Sequence record: NC_049828.1
DNA: 48,613 nt
DNA from: Escherichia phage haarsle
Strand: one strand, 5' to 3'
The notes below the pieces were generated by a model that made no database searches, was not told where the DNA came from, and saw only the letters and a program-made list of their open reading frames with translations. Of this stretch, positions 16,930-27,284 are shown in pieces. Position numbers and translations under genes: made by a program. Position 1 is the stretch's first letter. The number at the start of each line of letters is the position of its first letter.

Positions 16930-19602
16930 ATGTCAGAACAATACGCAGGCTTGACGCTTGGGGTTGACGTTTCTCAACTCAACAATGCTGTAAAGTCTTT
17001 GCAGCAATTCAAGAAGGCAAACGACGACGCAAAGGGAAGCGTTGAGAGTTTTGTTGATTCAGAGGTTGTTGCAAGACAAAGAGCCAAACAACTTGCTGAG
17101 GAATTGGCAAAGCAGAAGCAAGAATTTAAAGCAATTCAGTCGGCAATAGATCCGACAGCAAGCAAAATGGATAAGTTGCGCCAGGCTGCGACACAGCTTG
17201 ATGCGCTTTGGAAAAAAGGAATTGTTCCGGATGACACATTCTTTGAATTAGGATCAATTCTTGAGACGCAGCAAAATAAACTGATCGCAACTAAAAAGGC
17301 GCTAACTGAAGAAGGCCGCGCGGCTCTTGAGGAAGCAAAAAATAAGGCAAGAGCAGAGGCTGAGGCAAGAAAGTTTATTGCGGCATTGCAGGCGCAAGCT
17401 GACGCAGCGGAAAAAACAAAGTCAGAGCTTGTCGAAATGAGAGCCGCACAACTTGGAGTTAGTGCAGAGGCCGCGCCATTTATTGCAAAAATGAAGGAGC
17501 AGGAAAAACAAGCCTCAAAACTTGGCGTTTCTATGGGGCAGTACAAGCAAGCAATGGCGCAATTGCCAATGCAGATCACTGACGTTGTTACTTCTCTTGC
17601 TTCAGGAATGCCAGTATGGATGATCGCAATCCAGCAGGGCGGTCAAATCAAGGACTCATTCGGCGGTGTTGCTAATACGTTTAAAGCGCTAATGACATTT
17701 GTCACGCCTTTAAGTGTAGGGATGACGGCGCTGACTGGTGCTCTTGGTTATGCTGCATATAATGCATACAAAGCAAATGCACAACTGAAGGAGATCACAA
17801 AAACCGTTCAGGAGGCAACTGGTCTTTCAGGTGAGTTTGCAGAGCGGATCGCAACTGGAATCCAGGCGCTATCTGACAAGACAGGTGAGAGCGCCGATAA
17901 TCTGGCAAAGGCATACATAAGCACTAAGGATGGAGCAACCGAGGCCATACAAAAACTCGTCGATGTTGGGTTTACCTATGACGAAGCAAAGGTAAAGGTA
18001 AACGAATACAAGAATGCATCAAGTTTTGTAAGTCTCAACAATGAGATTGCTGATCACAAAAACAAGGTTCTTGAGCTTGGCGATTCGTGGTATGAAGTCT
18101 TAAAAGCGAAGAATGATTATGCTTCACCGTCCGGCGGGCTGTTGGGGAAAGAGCTTGGTTATGTAAATCCTATGTTGCAATTTGCGAAGAACACCTATGA
18201 GGATATAGGAAAGATCGTAAAAGATGCGAATAAGGATATGGCGGAACGAGCAGCACGCATCGACAGAGAAAATCTTTCCTTAAACAGAGTTCGAGCGGCG
18301 CAAGAGGCTTTAAACAAAGCCATAGAGGATCAGAAAAATGTAGCAAGGACAGCAGACGAAGAGTTGAAAAAACGAGCAGCCGAGAACGTTGAGTTCAGGC
18401 GAAAAGAGCTTGAAGAGGCGAAGAAGGCACAGCAGCAAAAGGAGAAAGTTGGCGGAGTTGTAAAAGCACCAACAGAGCAGCTTGATAAGGAGCTATATGT
18501 TCTCAAGGCGCAACTTGAAGCGCTGAAAGATCACCGAACTGTAAATGATGTTATTTCACGCCAGAGGCAATCTTTGTGGAGTATTGAAAAGCAGATCCAG
18601 ATCCTTGAGGAAGCGCAAAGCAAACGTAAGCTGACAAAAGCGGAACAGGCGTTACTAAACGAGCAAAAAGCAGTTATTGCTATGGCAAAAGAAAAGGCCG
18701 AGATAGGCGATCAGATTGTTTTGCAACAGAGAAAGAACAAGCAATACCAGGAAGGGCTAAAGTTCATTCAGCAAACTTCAGATGCCATTGATGCTATGAA
18801 CTTGCGACAGTCCGGAGCTACAGATCTGCAAATCCAGCGAGAGCTTGAGTTGAAGAAGTTGCGAACTGATTATGTTGCTGGCGGCGGTAGTATCGACGAT
18901 GAAATTTATCAGCAGATGGAAGCAAAGCTGAAGGAGTATTACGCAACTGAGGATCAACTTAGAAATAACTGGATTGCAGGAGCAAAAAACGCATGGGAGG
19001 TTTACGGACAAGACGCAATGGATATGTACGGAAACGTGCAAGATATTGCAAGCGAGGCGCTCAACGGTCTAACCAACCAAATGGCTACATTCCTTGCAAC
19101 AGGAAAGGCAAACTTTAAGAGCTTCGCAACGTCAATCATCCAAATGATTATCCAGATGATCACAAAGATGGTTATCTTTAATGCCATATCTGGTGCGATT
19201 GGCGGTGACACTTGGACGATTGGAAGCCTTCTTAAAAATGTTGGGTTTGCAACTGGTGGATACACTGGCGACGGCGGGAAGTATGAGCCAGCAGGTGTTG
19301 TTCATAAAGGCGAGTTTGTCATGACGAAGGAGGCCACGAAGCGGATCGGAGTTGGAAACCTTTACAAAATGATGCGCGGTTATGCAAATGGCGGCGTTGT
19401 TGGCGGAACTTCATACACTGGCGGCGGCGTTTCATCTGGAGCCACGAATCTTAATATTGGCGGGATCAGCGTTGATATTAACAACGGAAGCGATCCGAAA
19501 GGGTTGGAGACTGGCGTAAAAATGATTTTCACTGATATGATTAAGCGTTCCTGTACGCAGGGTGGTGAAGTTTACGAATTTGTTATGTCTAAGCGGGGGT
19601 GA
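16930..19602 (+). CDS. tail tape measure protein (890 aa)
   Basis: Length, coiled-coil-rich sequence, position after G/GT. Confidence 0.85.
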   Translation: MSEQYAGLTLGVDVSQLNNAVKSLQQFKKANDDAKGSVESFVDSEVVARQRAKQLAEELAKQKQEFKAIQSAIDPTASKMDKLRQAATQLDALWKKGIVPDDTFFELGSILETQQNKLIATKKALTEEGRAALEEAKNKARAEAEARKFIAALQAQADAAEKTKSELVEMRAAQLGVSAEAAPFIAKMKEQEKQASKLGVSMGQYKQAMAQLPMQITDVVTSLASGMPVWMIAIQQGGQIKDSFGGVANTFKALMTFVTPLSVGMTALTGALGYAAYNAYKANAQLKEITKTVQEATGLSGEFAERIATGIQALSDKTGESADNLAKAYISTKDGATEAIQKLVDVGFTYDEAKVKVNEYKNASSFVSLNNEIADHKNKVLELGDSWYEVLKAKNDYASPSGGLLGKELGYVNPMLQFAKNTYEDIGKIVKDANKDMAERAARIDRENLSLNRVRAAQEALNKAIEDQKNVARTADEELKKRAAENVEFRRKELEEAKKAQQQKEKVGGVVKAPTEQLDKELYVLKAQLEALKDHRTVNDVISRQRQSLWSIEKQIQILEEAQSKRKLTKAEQALLNEQKAVIAMAKEKAEIGDQIVLQQRKNKQYQEGLKFIQQTSDAIDAMNLRQSGATDLQIQRELELKKLRTDYVAGGGSIDDEIYQQMEAKLKEYYATEDQLRNNWIAGAKNAWEVYGQDAMDMYGNVQDIASEALNGLTNQMATFLATGKANFKSFATSIIQMIIQMITKMVIFNAISGAIGGDTWTIGSLLKNVGFATGGYTGDGGKYEPAGVVHKGEFVMTKEATKRIGVGNLYKMMRGYANGGVVGGTSYTGGGVSSGATNLNIGGISVDINNGSDPKGLETGVKMIFTDMIKRSCTQGGEVYEFVMSKRG

Positions 19603-19955
19603 TAGTGAAACTTGAGCAATTCAAATGGTGCACGCAAACGCAAGGAGGCGGCGGCACTATGACCACATCAAATAACGACAGGGAAATCTCATTTGGTAAT
19701 GGTTACACGCAGGTTGCGTCAGGAGGGTTTAACACGGTACGCAGGGAGTTTTCCATTGTCTATGTTGGCAAGGATTACAGAGACGTTGTTGACTTCCTGA
19801 ATGGACACAGGCTGAAGCCGTTTTTATGGTTTATGCCTGACGGCCAACCTGGTCTATTCAGGGTAAAATCTGGTAGCGTTGGATTAACTCCAATATCAGC
19901 AACCGTTCAGGAAGTGAAAGCAACATTTACTGAGCAATTTACATCAATGCAATAA
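19599..19955 (+). CDS. minor tail protein (lambda M-like, 118 aa)
   Basis: Synteny (tape measure, M, L, K, I, J) and size. Confidence 0.7.
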   Translation: MIVKLEQFKWCTQTQGGGGTMTTSNNDREISFGNGYTQVASGGFNTVRREFSIVYVGKDYRDVVDFLNGHRLKPFLWFMPDGQPGLFRVKSGSVGLTPISATVQEVKATFTEQFTSMQ

Positions 19956-19958
19956 TTC

Positions 19959-19985
19959 AAGCCGCCTTTGTGCGGCTTTTTTATT
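19959..19985 (+). terminator. Intrinsic terminator (GCCGC ctttgt GCGGC, T-run)
   Basis: Stem-loop plus TTTTTTATT. Confidence 0.75.
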
Positions 19986-20016
19986 GATGATACAATGTAC
20001 GAAAGGAGGTGCAATT

Positions 20017-20778
20017 ATGGCTAATGAAACAACAGGTCGCGCGGATCTTGAAAATTGTCTGCAAAGCCTTTACCCTGGCGAGATTATCACGCTAATTGAA
20101 ATTGACGGAACAAAGTTTGGCGCAAATATTTACCGCATACACAATGAGAACATCTCATACACTGCGGAAGAATTATTGCAGGCGCGAGAAACTGGAGTTC
20201 TTCCGCCGAAAGAGATTACATTCCGTGGCGAGGTTTACGGCGCGCGCCCGTTCGGAATATCTGGAATCAACTTCACAAGCAACGGAAAGGCTGATAAGCC
20301 ACAATTGATACTATCAAACCTTGATAGCCAGGTGAGCGCGATGATTCGCAACTTTAACGGCATGATGCAAGCTAAGGTTACAATCTGGATTACGCCAGCG
20401 GAATTAATGGGGAAAGATGGCAGCATTAAAGATGGAGCTTCAAGAAAGCTGGTTTACTACATTGAGCGCCCAAGCCATTACAATAGAATGATGGCGAAAT
20501 TTGACCTGACATCGCCTTATGATATGGATGGAATAATGATTCCTCCGCGAATAACTCAAAGCGTTTGTTACTGGGCGCAGCGTGGATGGTATCGCAGCGG
20601 AAAAGGTTGCGGATACAATGGGTCGCGAATGTTTGACAAAGACAACAATCCTGTAACAGATCCATCTCAAGACTTTTGCGCAGGAACTGTAACAGCGTGC
20701 AAACTTCGTTTTGGTGCAGATCAGCAGCTTGATTTTGGCGGTGCACCAGTAGCAAGCCTGTTAAGGAGAAATCAGTGA
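20017..20778 (+). CDS. minor tail protein (lambda L-like, 253 aa)
   Basis: Start at ATG 20017 with RBS AAAGGAGG; synteny. Confidence 0.75.
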   Translation: MANETTGRADLENCLQSLYPGEIITLIEIDGTKFGANIYRIHNENISYTAEELLQARETGVLPPKEITFRGEVYGARPFGISGINFTSNGKADKPQLILSNLDSQVSAMIRNFNGMMQAKVTIWITPAELMGKDGSIKDGASRKLVYYIERPSHYNRMMAKFDLTSPYDMDGIMIPPRITQSVCYWAQRGWYRSGKGCGYNGSRMFDKDNNPVTDPSQDFCAGTVTACKLRFGADQQLDFGGAPVASLLRRNQ

Positions 20779-21509
20779 TGATTAGTGCAAAAATAAAACT
20801 TGAAATAATGCAGCACGTAAAAGATGAATACCCGCTCGAGGCGTGCGGTGTTATCACTCAAAAATCACGCGTGCAAAAATACCACCGCATAACCAACGTG
20901 CATGATGATCCTGAAAATCATTTTGAGATGGACGCAATTGAATACGTTGAAGCGTGTGAAAGTGGCGAGCTTATTGCTGTTGTGCATAGCCACACTGGAG
21001 ACGGGGCAAGTACAATTCCAAGCGCCCATGATACATGCATGTGTGATGAAATGGGTGTTTCATGGGTTATTGTGTCATGGCCCGAAGGTGATATGAGAAT
21101 CATTGAGCCTGAATCTCGTCCTCTGATTGGTCGCCCGTGGTCGCTTGGGGCGTATGATTGCTGGGGGCTTATTATGGCATGGCACAAGCAACATGGCGTT
21201 ATCCTGAATGATTTCAGGAAACCATATGAATGGTGGAAGCCCGAGCACGGGGAAAATCTTTACCAGGAAAATTATCTGAAAGAGGGTTTTGTTGAAACAG
21301 GAGAGCCGCCAAAACCTGGTGATATGGTTATCTTTCAGCTTTCCGCGCCAGTGTGGAATCATGCAGGCATTTATCTTGGCAACAATCAGTTGCTTCATCA
21401 TGCCTTTGGTAAGTTGTCAAGGGTTGATTTGTATTCTGGATGGTATCAGGAACATGCAAAAATGGTTTGTAGACATAAGGATCTGAAATATGACTTTGAA
21501 GGTAATTAA
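20775..21509 (+). CDS. tail assembly protein (lambda K-like; MPN/JAMM plus NlpC/P60 domains, 244 aa)
   Basis: HSHTGDGASTIPSAHD JAMM-like motif and Cys/His hydrolase-like C-terminus. Confidence 0.8.
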   Translation: MMISAKIKLEIMQHVKDEYPLEACGVITQKSRVQKYHRITNVHDDPENHFEMDAIEYVEACESGELIAVVHSHTGDGASTIPSAHDTCMCDEMGVSWVIVSWPEGDMRIIEPESRPLIGRPWSLGAYDCWGLIMAWHKQHGVILNDFRKPYEWWKPEHGENLYQENYLKEGFVETGEPPKPGDMVIFQLSAPVWNHAGIYLGNNQLLHHAFGKLSRVDLYSGWYQEHAKMVCRHKDLKYDFEGN

Positions 21510-22086
21510 ATTGTCTGGATCTTTAGGGCGAAGATTTGGTGTATTTCATAAGCTGGCTGTTGACTCATACCCTGAAGCAATCCGTGCGCTATCTTCGCAG
21601 GTGGAAGGATTCAAGGACTACATGCAAAGCGAAGTGGGATCGCGAATGCGTTACGCTGTATTTGTTGACGGTAATAATGTAGGACAGCACGATGAAAAAG
21701 CGTGGCAATGCGCAAAGGAAGTGAGGATTATTCCAATCCCAACAGGTTCAAAGTCTGGCGGGTTGTTTCAGGTTGTTCTTGGCGCGGTTATTATGGCGAC
21801 TGCATTTTTCACTGGCGGCGCTTCACTTGCTTTGATGGGTGCTTTTGCATCGTCTGCTTTCATGATGGGTGGTGCTATGGTGCTTGGCGGCGTAATGCAA
21901 ATGATTTCACCGCAGCAAGGGGGATCAAGATTGTCATCACAGTCAGCAGAAAACAAGCCGTCTTATGCTTTCGGTGGCGCTGTTAACACAACAGCAGCAG
22001 GATACCCAATACCATTGCCATACGGTCAAAGGACCGTCGGCGGAGCTATCTGGTCGGCTGGCAGCTATGCAGAGGATAAGGCTTAA
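21490..22086 (+). CDS. tail assembly protein (lambda I-like, 198 aa)
   Basis: Synteny; Gly/Ala-rich hydrophobic C-terminal half. Confidence 0.75.
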   Translation: MTLKVIKLSGSLGRRFGVFHKLAVDSYPEAIRALSSQVEGFKDYMQSEVGSRMRYAVFVDGNNVGQHDEKAWQCAKEVRIIPIPTGSKSGGLFQVVLGAVIMATAFFTGGASLALMGAFASSAFMMGGAMVLGGVMQMISPQQGGSRLSSQSAENKPSYAFGGAVNTTAAGYPIPLPYGQRTVGGAIWSAGSYAEDKA

Positions 22087-22092
22087 TATAAA

Positions 22093-22122
22093 AGAGTCGC
22101 GCGTTGCGCGGCTTTTTTTTTG
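22093..22122 (+). terminator. Terminator (GC-rich imperfect stem, T9)
   Basis: GTCGCGCGTTGCGCGGC followed by TTTTTTTTT. Confidence 0.65.
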
Positions 22123-22166
22123 CCCGTATAATTCAACAAATCAAATAGCACAAAAGGTGAAAAAGC

Positions 22167-25100
22167 ATGGCTGAAAATATGATAACTGGCAGTAAGGGTG
22201 GATCATCAAAACCTTATGTTCCAAAAGAGATGGAAGATAACCTGATCTCAATCAATAAAATCAAAATCCTTCTTGCAGTTTCCGATGGCGAGTGCGATCC
22301 AGATTTTACACTTCGCGATCTGTATCTTGATGATGTTCCGGTAATTGCAGACGACGGAACTGTTAACTACCAGGGCGTGAGCGCAGAGTTTCGCCCAGGC
22401 ACACAGACTCAAGATTACATCCAGGGATTTACTGACACATCAAGCGAAGTGACGCTGGCGCGTGATATTACTACATCAAATCCTTATGTGATTTCCGTAA
22501 CCAACAAAACATTATCTGCTATCAGAATCAAAATGCTAATGCCAACAGGCATTAAGCAAGAGGATAACGGCGATCTTGTCGGCGTTAAGGTTACTTATGC
22601 TGTTGACATGGCTGTTGACGGAGACTCTTACAAAGAAGTATTGCGAGACACTATCGAAGGTAAAACGCGTTCAGGTTACGACAGAAGCAGAAGGATTGAC
22701 CTTCCGGCATTTAATGATCGCGTATTACTTAGGGTTAGAAGGGTTACGGCAGACAGCACATCTTCTCGTGTTACTGATCTGATTAAGCTACAAAGTTACG
22801 CTGAGGTTATTGATGCAAAATTCCGTTATCCTCTGACTGGTCTTGTATACGTTGAATTTGACAGTGAGCTATTCCCTAACCAGATCCCAAATATTTCAAT
22901 CAAGAAAAAGTGGAAACTGATTAATGTGCCAAGCAACTATGATCCTGTATCTCGTGAGTATAGAGGTTCATGGGATGGAACATTCAAAAAAGCCTGGTCA
23001 AACAATCCAGCATGGGTGCTTTACGACATCATTACAAATCAGCGTTATGGATTAGATCAGAGAGAGCTTGGTGTACAGGTTGACAAATGGAGTCTTTACG
23101 AAGCGGCGCAATACTGCGATCAGAAAGTGCCGGACGGAAAAGGCGGCACAGAGCCGCGTTATCTATGCGACGTTGTGATTCAAAGCCAGATTGAGGCTTA
23201 TCAGCTTATTCGTGATATTTGCTCAATCTTCCGAGGCATGAGCTTTTGGAATGGGGAGAGCTTGTCAATCGTCATTGATAAGCCGCGCGATCCGTCGTAC
23301 ATCTTCACCAATGACAACGTTGTTGATGGTGATTTTCAGTACACAACAGCAAGCGAAAAGAGCATGTACACGCAGTGCAACGTGACGTTCGACGACGAAC
23401 AAAACATGTATCAACAGGACGTAGAGGGCGTATTCGACACCGAGGCAGCATTGCGCTTTGGATACAATCCTACAAGCATAACCGCGATCGGATGTACACG
23501 CAGGAGTGAGGCTAATCGGCGCGGTCGATGGATACTAAAAACAAACTTGCGCAGCACTACGGTAAACTTTGCTACTGGACTGGAAGGCATGATCCCATCA
23601 ATAGGTGATGTGATTGCTATTGCTGACAATTTTCACAGCAGCAACCTTAAATTAAACCTATCAGGGCGCGTGATGGAAGTTTCCGGCTTGCAGGTGTTCG
23701 TTCCGTTTAAGATTGACGCGCGACCAGGTGATTTCATTATCATCAACAAGCCTGACGGAAAGCCAGTTAAGCGCACAATCTCAAAAGTAAGCGGTGACGG
23801 AAAAACCATTGAGCTAAACATTGGGTTTGGGTTTGAAGTTAAGCCGGATACAGTTTTTGCAATCGACCGCACTGACATTGCGTTGCAGCAATATGTTGTA
23901 ACGAGTATCGGAAAAGGTGATGATGATGATGAATTTACATACTCCATCACGGCTGTTGAATATGACCCTAACAAATACGACGAGATTGATTACGGAGTAA
24001 ACATTGACGACAGACCAACTTCAATTGTCCAGCCTGACACGATGGCAGCACCGGAAAACGTGCAAATATCCTCATACTCGCGAATTGTCCAGGGTGCAAG
24101 CGTTGAAACAATGGTTGTGTCGTGGGATAAAGTACCTTACGCATCGCTGTATGAAATGCAATGGCGAAAAGGCGATGGCAACTGGCTGAATACGCCGCAG
24201 ACAGCTAACAAAGAGATAGAGGTAGAAGGGATTTACTCAGGGAACTATCAAGTAAGGGTTAGATCTGTTTCTGCGAGTGGGAACACTTCCCCGTGGTCAA
24301 AGATTGCAACCGCCACACTGACAGGTAAAGTTGGCGAGCCAGGAGCGCCGATTAATCTTACAGCTTCTGATAATGAAGTTTTTGGCATTCGTGTTAAGTG
24401 GGGGATGCCAGAAGGGAGCGGAGACACGGCATACATTGAGCTTCATCAGTCGCCGGATGGAACGGCTGAAAACTCAAGCCTGCTAACGCTGATCCCGTAT
24501 CCACAATATGAATACTGGCATGGAACGCTTCCGGCTGGTCATGTTGTATGGTATCGGATCAGGAGCGTAGACAGGATCGGCAACGTTTCCGGTTGGACTG
24601 ATTTTGTTAGAGGTATGGCTTCAGATGATGTGGAGGCTGTTTTAGGAGATATTCTTGATAAGATTTTTGATACTGAAGCAGGTCAGGATCTGAAAGAGAA
24701 CGCCATTGACAGTGCAAACAAGATAAAGGACCAGGCGCAAAGCATCATTCAAAACGCATTAGCGAATGATACTGACGTTAGGATTATGAGGAAGGAAAAC
24801 GGCAAGCGCAAAGCCGAGTTTAGGCAATCAATCCAATTGATCGCAAATGAAACTGAAGCGCGCGTCACCGCAATGACTCAACTAAAGGCTGAATTTGACG
24901 AGGAGATAACTAGCGAAGTAACGAGACTTGATCAGGCAATTGCAACAGAATCGGAAACGCGAGCCACAGCCATTGAGGAATTGAAATCACAGATTGGAGA
25001 TGATATTCAGGGGCAATTAACGAGAGTTGAGGAGGCGATTGCAAGCGAAACAGAGGCGCGCGTTTCGGCTGATACAGCATTAACAGCGAAGTTTGGAGAT

Positions 25101-25592
25101 GTTGAATCAGCGCTGACTGAGAAACTTGATTCATGGGCTGGCGTTAATGGAGTTGGCGCACAGTACGCAATGAAACTTGGATTGACATACAACGGGCAGA
25201 AGTACAGCGCCGGAATGGTCATGCAGTTATCAAACAGCAATCAAGGGTTGATCTCACAAATCCTGTTTGATGCTGGCAGATTTGCGATCATGACGAGTTC
25301 TACTGGAGGATCGTATACATTGCCTTTTGTGGTAGAAAATAACCAAGTTTTCATTAACAGCCTGTTAGTAAAAGACGGTTCAATCACAAATGCTATGATC
25401 GGTAATTATATTCAGTCGAATAACTTTGTTGCTAATCAGCAGGGGTGGAGGCTGGATAAAAACGGCAGACTTGAGAACTACGGATCAACTCCAGGAGAGG
25501 GAGCTACTAAATTCACCAACGAAGGATTGAAGGTAAAAGATGCAAACGGAGTATTGAGGGTTGAACTCGGAAGGATTACCGGAAGCTGGTAA
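22167..25592 (+). CDS. tail tip/central fibre host-specificity protein (lambda J-like, 1141 aa)
   Basis: Length and position after the I-like gene; TATAAT at 22125-22130 and a partial AAATAGCAC element upstream. Confidence 0.85.
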   Translation: MAENMITGSKGGSSKPYVPKEMEDNLISINKIKILLAVSDGECDPDFTLRDLYLDDVPVIADDGTVNYQGVSAEFRPGTQTQDYIQGFTDTSSEVTLARDITTSNPYVISVTNKTLSAIRIKMLMPTGIKQEDNGDLVGVKVTYAVDMAVDGDSYKEVLRDTIEGKTRSGYDRSRRIDLPAFNDRVLLRVRRVTADSTSSRVTDLIKLQSYAEVIDAKFRYPLTGLVYVEFDSELFPNQIPNISIKKKWKLINVPSNYDPVSREYRGSWDGTFKKAWSNNPAWVLYDIITNQRYGLDQRELGVQVDKWSLYEAAQYCDQKVPDGKGGTEPRYLCDVVIQSQIEAYQLIRDICSIFRGMSFWNGESLSIVIDKPRDPSYIFTNDNVVDGDFQYTTASEKSMYTQCNVTFDDEQNMYQQDVEGVFDTEAALRFGYNPTSITAIGCTRRSEANRRGRWILKTNLRSTTVNFATGLEGMIPSIGDVIAIADNFHSSNLKLNLSGRVMEVSGLQVFVPFKIDARPGDFIIINKPDGKPVKRTISKVSGDGKTIELNIGFGFEVKPDTVFAIDRTDIALQQYVVTSIGKGDDDDEFTYSITAVEYDPNKYDEIDYGVNIDDRPTSIVQPDTMAAPENVQISSYSRIVQGASVETMVVSWDKVPYASLYEMQWRKGDGNWLNTPQTANKEIEVEGIYSGNYQVRVRSVSASGNTSPWSKIATATLTGKVGEPGAPINLTASDNEVFGIRVKWGMPEGSGDTAYIELHQSPDGTAENSSLLTLIPYPQYEYWHGTLPAGHVVWYRIRSVDRIGNVSGWTDFVRGMASDDVEAVLGDILDKIFDTEAGQDLKENAIDSANKIKDQAQSIIQNALANDTDVRIMRKENGKRKAEFRQSIQLIANETEARVTAMTQLKAEFDEEITSEVTRLDQAIATESETRATAIEELKSQIGDDIQGQLTRVEEAIASETEARVSADTALTAKFGDVESALTEKLDSWAGVNGVGAQYAMKLGLTYNGQKYSAGMVMQLSNSNQGLISQILFDAGRFAIMTSSTGGSYTLPFVVENNQVFINSLLVKDGSITNAMIGNYIQSNNFVANQQGWRLDKNGRLENYGSTPGEGATKFTNEGLKVKDANGVLRVELGRITGSW

Positions 25593-25620
25593 AAAAAGGG
25601 GGCATAGCCCCCTTTAATTT
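25591..25620. terminator. Bidirectional intrinsic terminator (A7 GGGGGC ata GCCCCC TTTAATTTT)
   Basis: Hairpin flanked by an A-tract and a T-tract between convergent genes. Confidence 0.7.
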
Positions 25621-26232
25621 TAATCATAGTGTGATGCATTTATAACCAAAACAGATGAGGCGGTGTAAATACCAACAGGTCCAGGGGTTTGTGCAACCTG
25701 CCTAGAAAAAGAGTAGATCCCGTTACCATACGCGGCAGCTTGAGACTCAAAAATCATAAATCCACCTAAAGCCGGATTAGGTACAGAGTTTAACGCTGTT
25801 AGTGATGGCATTATTGCGCAAGGGTAGCCAAGGTTAACATCAAACGCGATCCCGCTCACACCAACTTGCTTTGCATCAAGCGGCCTCATTTTTCCATGAT
25901 AAACCATTTCACCATGAGCGTTATAAAACGCTATGCCGTGACTACCTGGAGGAGTCACCATGTTACTAAAAGCATAAACAATAACCTCCCCTTGATTATC
26001 AGATCTATCAATTCTTATTGCGTGCCTTCCGCCATTGTTAAATTGCGTAAATGATATGTATGATTTAGCAGTCAATCTAACAAAGAAAAAACATACCCTA
26101 TCAACAGGAATTGACGAAGTAAAAACTGTTCCGGTATTAGCAGATATTACGGCGCGATCAATTAGATTAACTGGAGTGAAATCTGGGCTTAGCCATAATG
26201 ATCCATCTGATTTTTTTATGCTCATTCCGTAC
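25620..26232 (-). CDS. hypothetical protein (204 aa) with internal repeat related to the upstream 92-aa protein
   Basis: ATG at 26232 with RBS GGGGGTGA (the ORF track used an upstream TTG); motif GIAFYNAHGEMV resembles GYAIYDDRGREV. Confidence 0.5.
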
Positions 26233-26236
26233 ATTA

Positions 26237-26515
26237 TCACCCCCAAAAAGTATATATATATCTTGAATCAGAACCAGAAAGTCCATCCCATGTAACGGTA
26301 TCGCCACTTACACCTAAATTTGGAGCGCCAGGATCGCCACCGCGCCAGGAGTTCATGCCAACATATATTGCTTTCAATGATTTACCTGGCGGCCTGTTTT
26401 GATAAGTCTTACTACCGGATGGTTGAGTGAATTTATCAAGGAAGAAAACAGGCGTTAAAAGTCCTGTAACTTCCCTTCCTCGATCGTCATATATTGCATA
26501 CCCATACTCAGCCAT
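26237..26515 (-). CDS. hypothetical protein (92 aa)
   Basis: RBS GAGG 7 nt before the ATG; overlaps the lipoprotein stop (coupled). Confidence 0.5.
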   Translation of the reverse strand: MAEYGYAIYDDRGREVTGLLTPVFFLDKFTQPSGSKTYQNRPPGKSLKAIYVGMNSWRGGDPGAPNLGVSGDTVTWDGLSGSDSRYIYTFWG

Positions 26516-26789
26516 TTTTGCACCTCAAATCAATAAATTTACTTTCATTTTGCCAACGGTTGATAAATTTAACTTCTTTATTGTCAACGCTCAACCTGTA
26601 TTGTTTTTGGCTGAATCTGTTTTCGCGTACTGCATTAATTTTAACTTCATGGAATCCGTTAACAGGGAATGTTTTAACGTTAAATTTTGCCGTGCAGTCG
26701 ATCTCATTGAAGTTGCCAGTAGGAGACGCTGCGCAACCGGTCAGAGCGGTTACGGTGGCGATAACTGCGATTAATTTTTTCATCTTCAA
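26508..26789 (-). CDS. lipoprotein (93 aa; lipobox LTGC); Cor-like superinfection-exclusion candidate
   Basis: Signal peptide plus lipobox read from the translation; RBS GGAG; position after tail genes and own promoter are typical for a moron. Confidence 0.55.
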   Translation of the reverse strand: MKMKKLIAVIATVTALTGCAASPTGNFNEIDCTAKFNVKTFPVNGFHEVKINAVRENRFSQKQYRLSVDNKEVKFINRWQNESKFIDLRCKNG

Positions 26790-26814
26790 TACTCCTTAGT
26801 TGTCGTTGCCTGTA

Positions 26815-26857
26815 ACTATACACGATCCGACAAGCGGCGTTTAGCAAAAAGTGCTAT
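26815..26857 (-). promoter_or_regulatory. Promoter-like module M3 (variant ATAGCACTTTTTGCTAAAC, TATAGT)
   Basis: Minus-strand 20-mer at 26839-26857, 21-bp spacer, -10-like; drives the lipoprotein cassette. Confidence 0.55.
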
Positions 26858-26886
26858 TCTGTTCTTTTTGTTCTCGCGTGTTCTCA
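26858..26886. repeat. 3 direct TGTTCT repeats at ~10-bp phasing (26860-65, 26869-74, 26879-84)
   Basis: Read from the sequence; analogous to the left-end TGTTAT array. Confidence 0.55.
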
Positions 26887-26929
26887 AATCTGCGGAGTCT
26901 TAAATTTAGCTCAAAAAGTGAACAATAAT

Positions 26930-27115
26930 AGAGCGCAATACATACAGATAAATATATATACATACATATAAATCAATAAGTTAGTAGTATATATATTTAT
27001 ATTTGTTCTTTATTGTTATCTGTGTTTTGTGTGATTTTGTGTTTCTGGTGATTTTTATGTGATTATGCATGTGTCAGTGATTATGTGTGTCTATATATCT
27101 ATATCCGGCGCAAAT
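26930..27115. repeat. AT-rich tract followed by TG-rich GTGATT(T/A)T repeats
   Basis: Low-complexity region; resembles 150-300. Confidence 0.5.
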
Positions 27116-27116
27116 T

Positions 27117-27145
27117 GAGGAACAAGAGAACAAAAAGACAACAAA
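27117..27145. repeat. Inverted (AGAACA/AACA) copies of the TGTTCT repeat
   Basis: GAGGAACAAGAGAACAAAAAGACAACAAAG read from the sequence. Confidence 0.45.
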
Positions 27146-27227
27146 GATATTTATCAATCACTTACATGTAAGTTTTGTTATCCAAGTTGACGAGAACGTT
27201 GTTAAAACAGAAAAAACAAAATAACTA

Positions 27228-27255
27228 TTGACTAAACGCATCAAATAGCTACAAT
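27228..27255 (+). promoter_or_regulatory. Sigma70-type promoter (TTGACT-16-TACAAT) for the recombination operon
   Basis: Near-consensus hexamers about 30 bp upstream of the exonuclease gene. Confidence 0.65.
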
Positions 27256-27284
27256 GCAGACATACCAACCAATGAGGGCAAATC

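Noticed and set aside
17136-17579. 147-aa minus-strand ORF inside the tape measure gene
   Set aside because: Antisense to a long, clearly coding structural gene; Ala/Ser-rich composition typical of a reverse-frame artefact. The same applies to the other overlapping ORFs inside long genes (for example 7654-8049, 8912-9160, 23633-23974, 40120-40485).
25620-26515. Treating the 92-aa and 204-aa minus-strand ORFs as one frameshifted gene
   Set aside because: Each has its own RBS and start codon (GAGG + ATG at 26515; GGGGGTGA + ATG at 26232) and there is no slippery sequence at the junction; kept as two genes.
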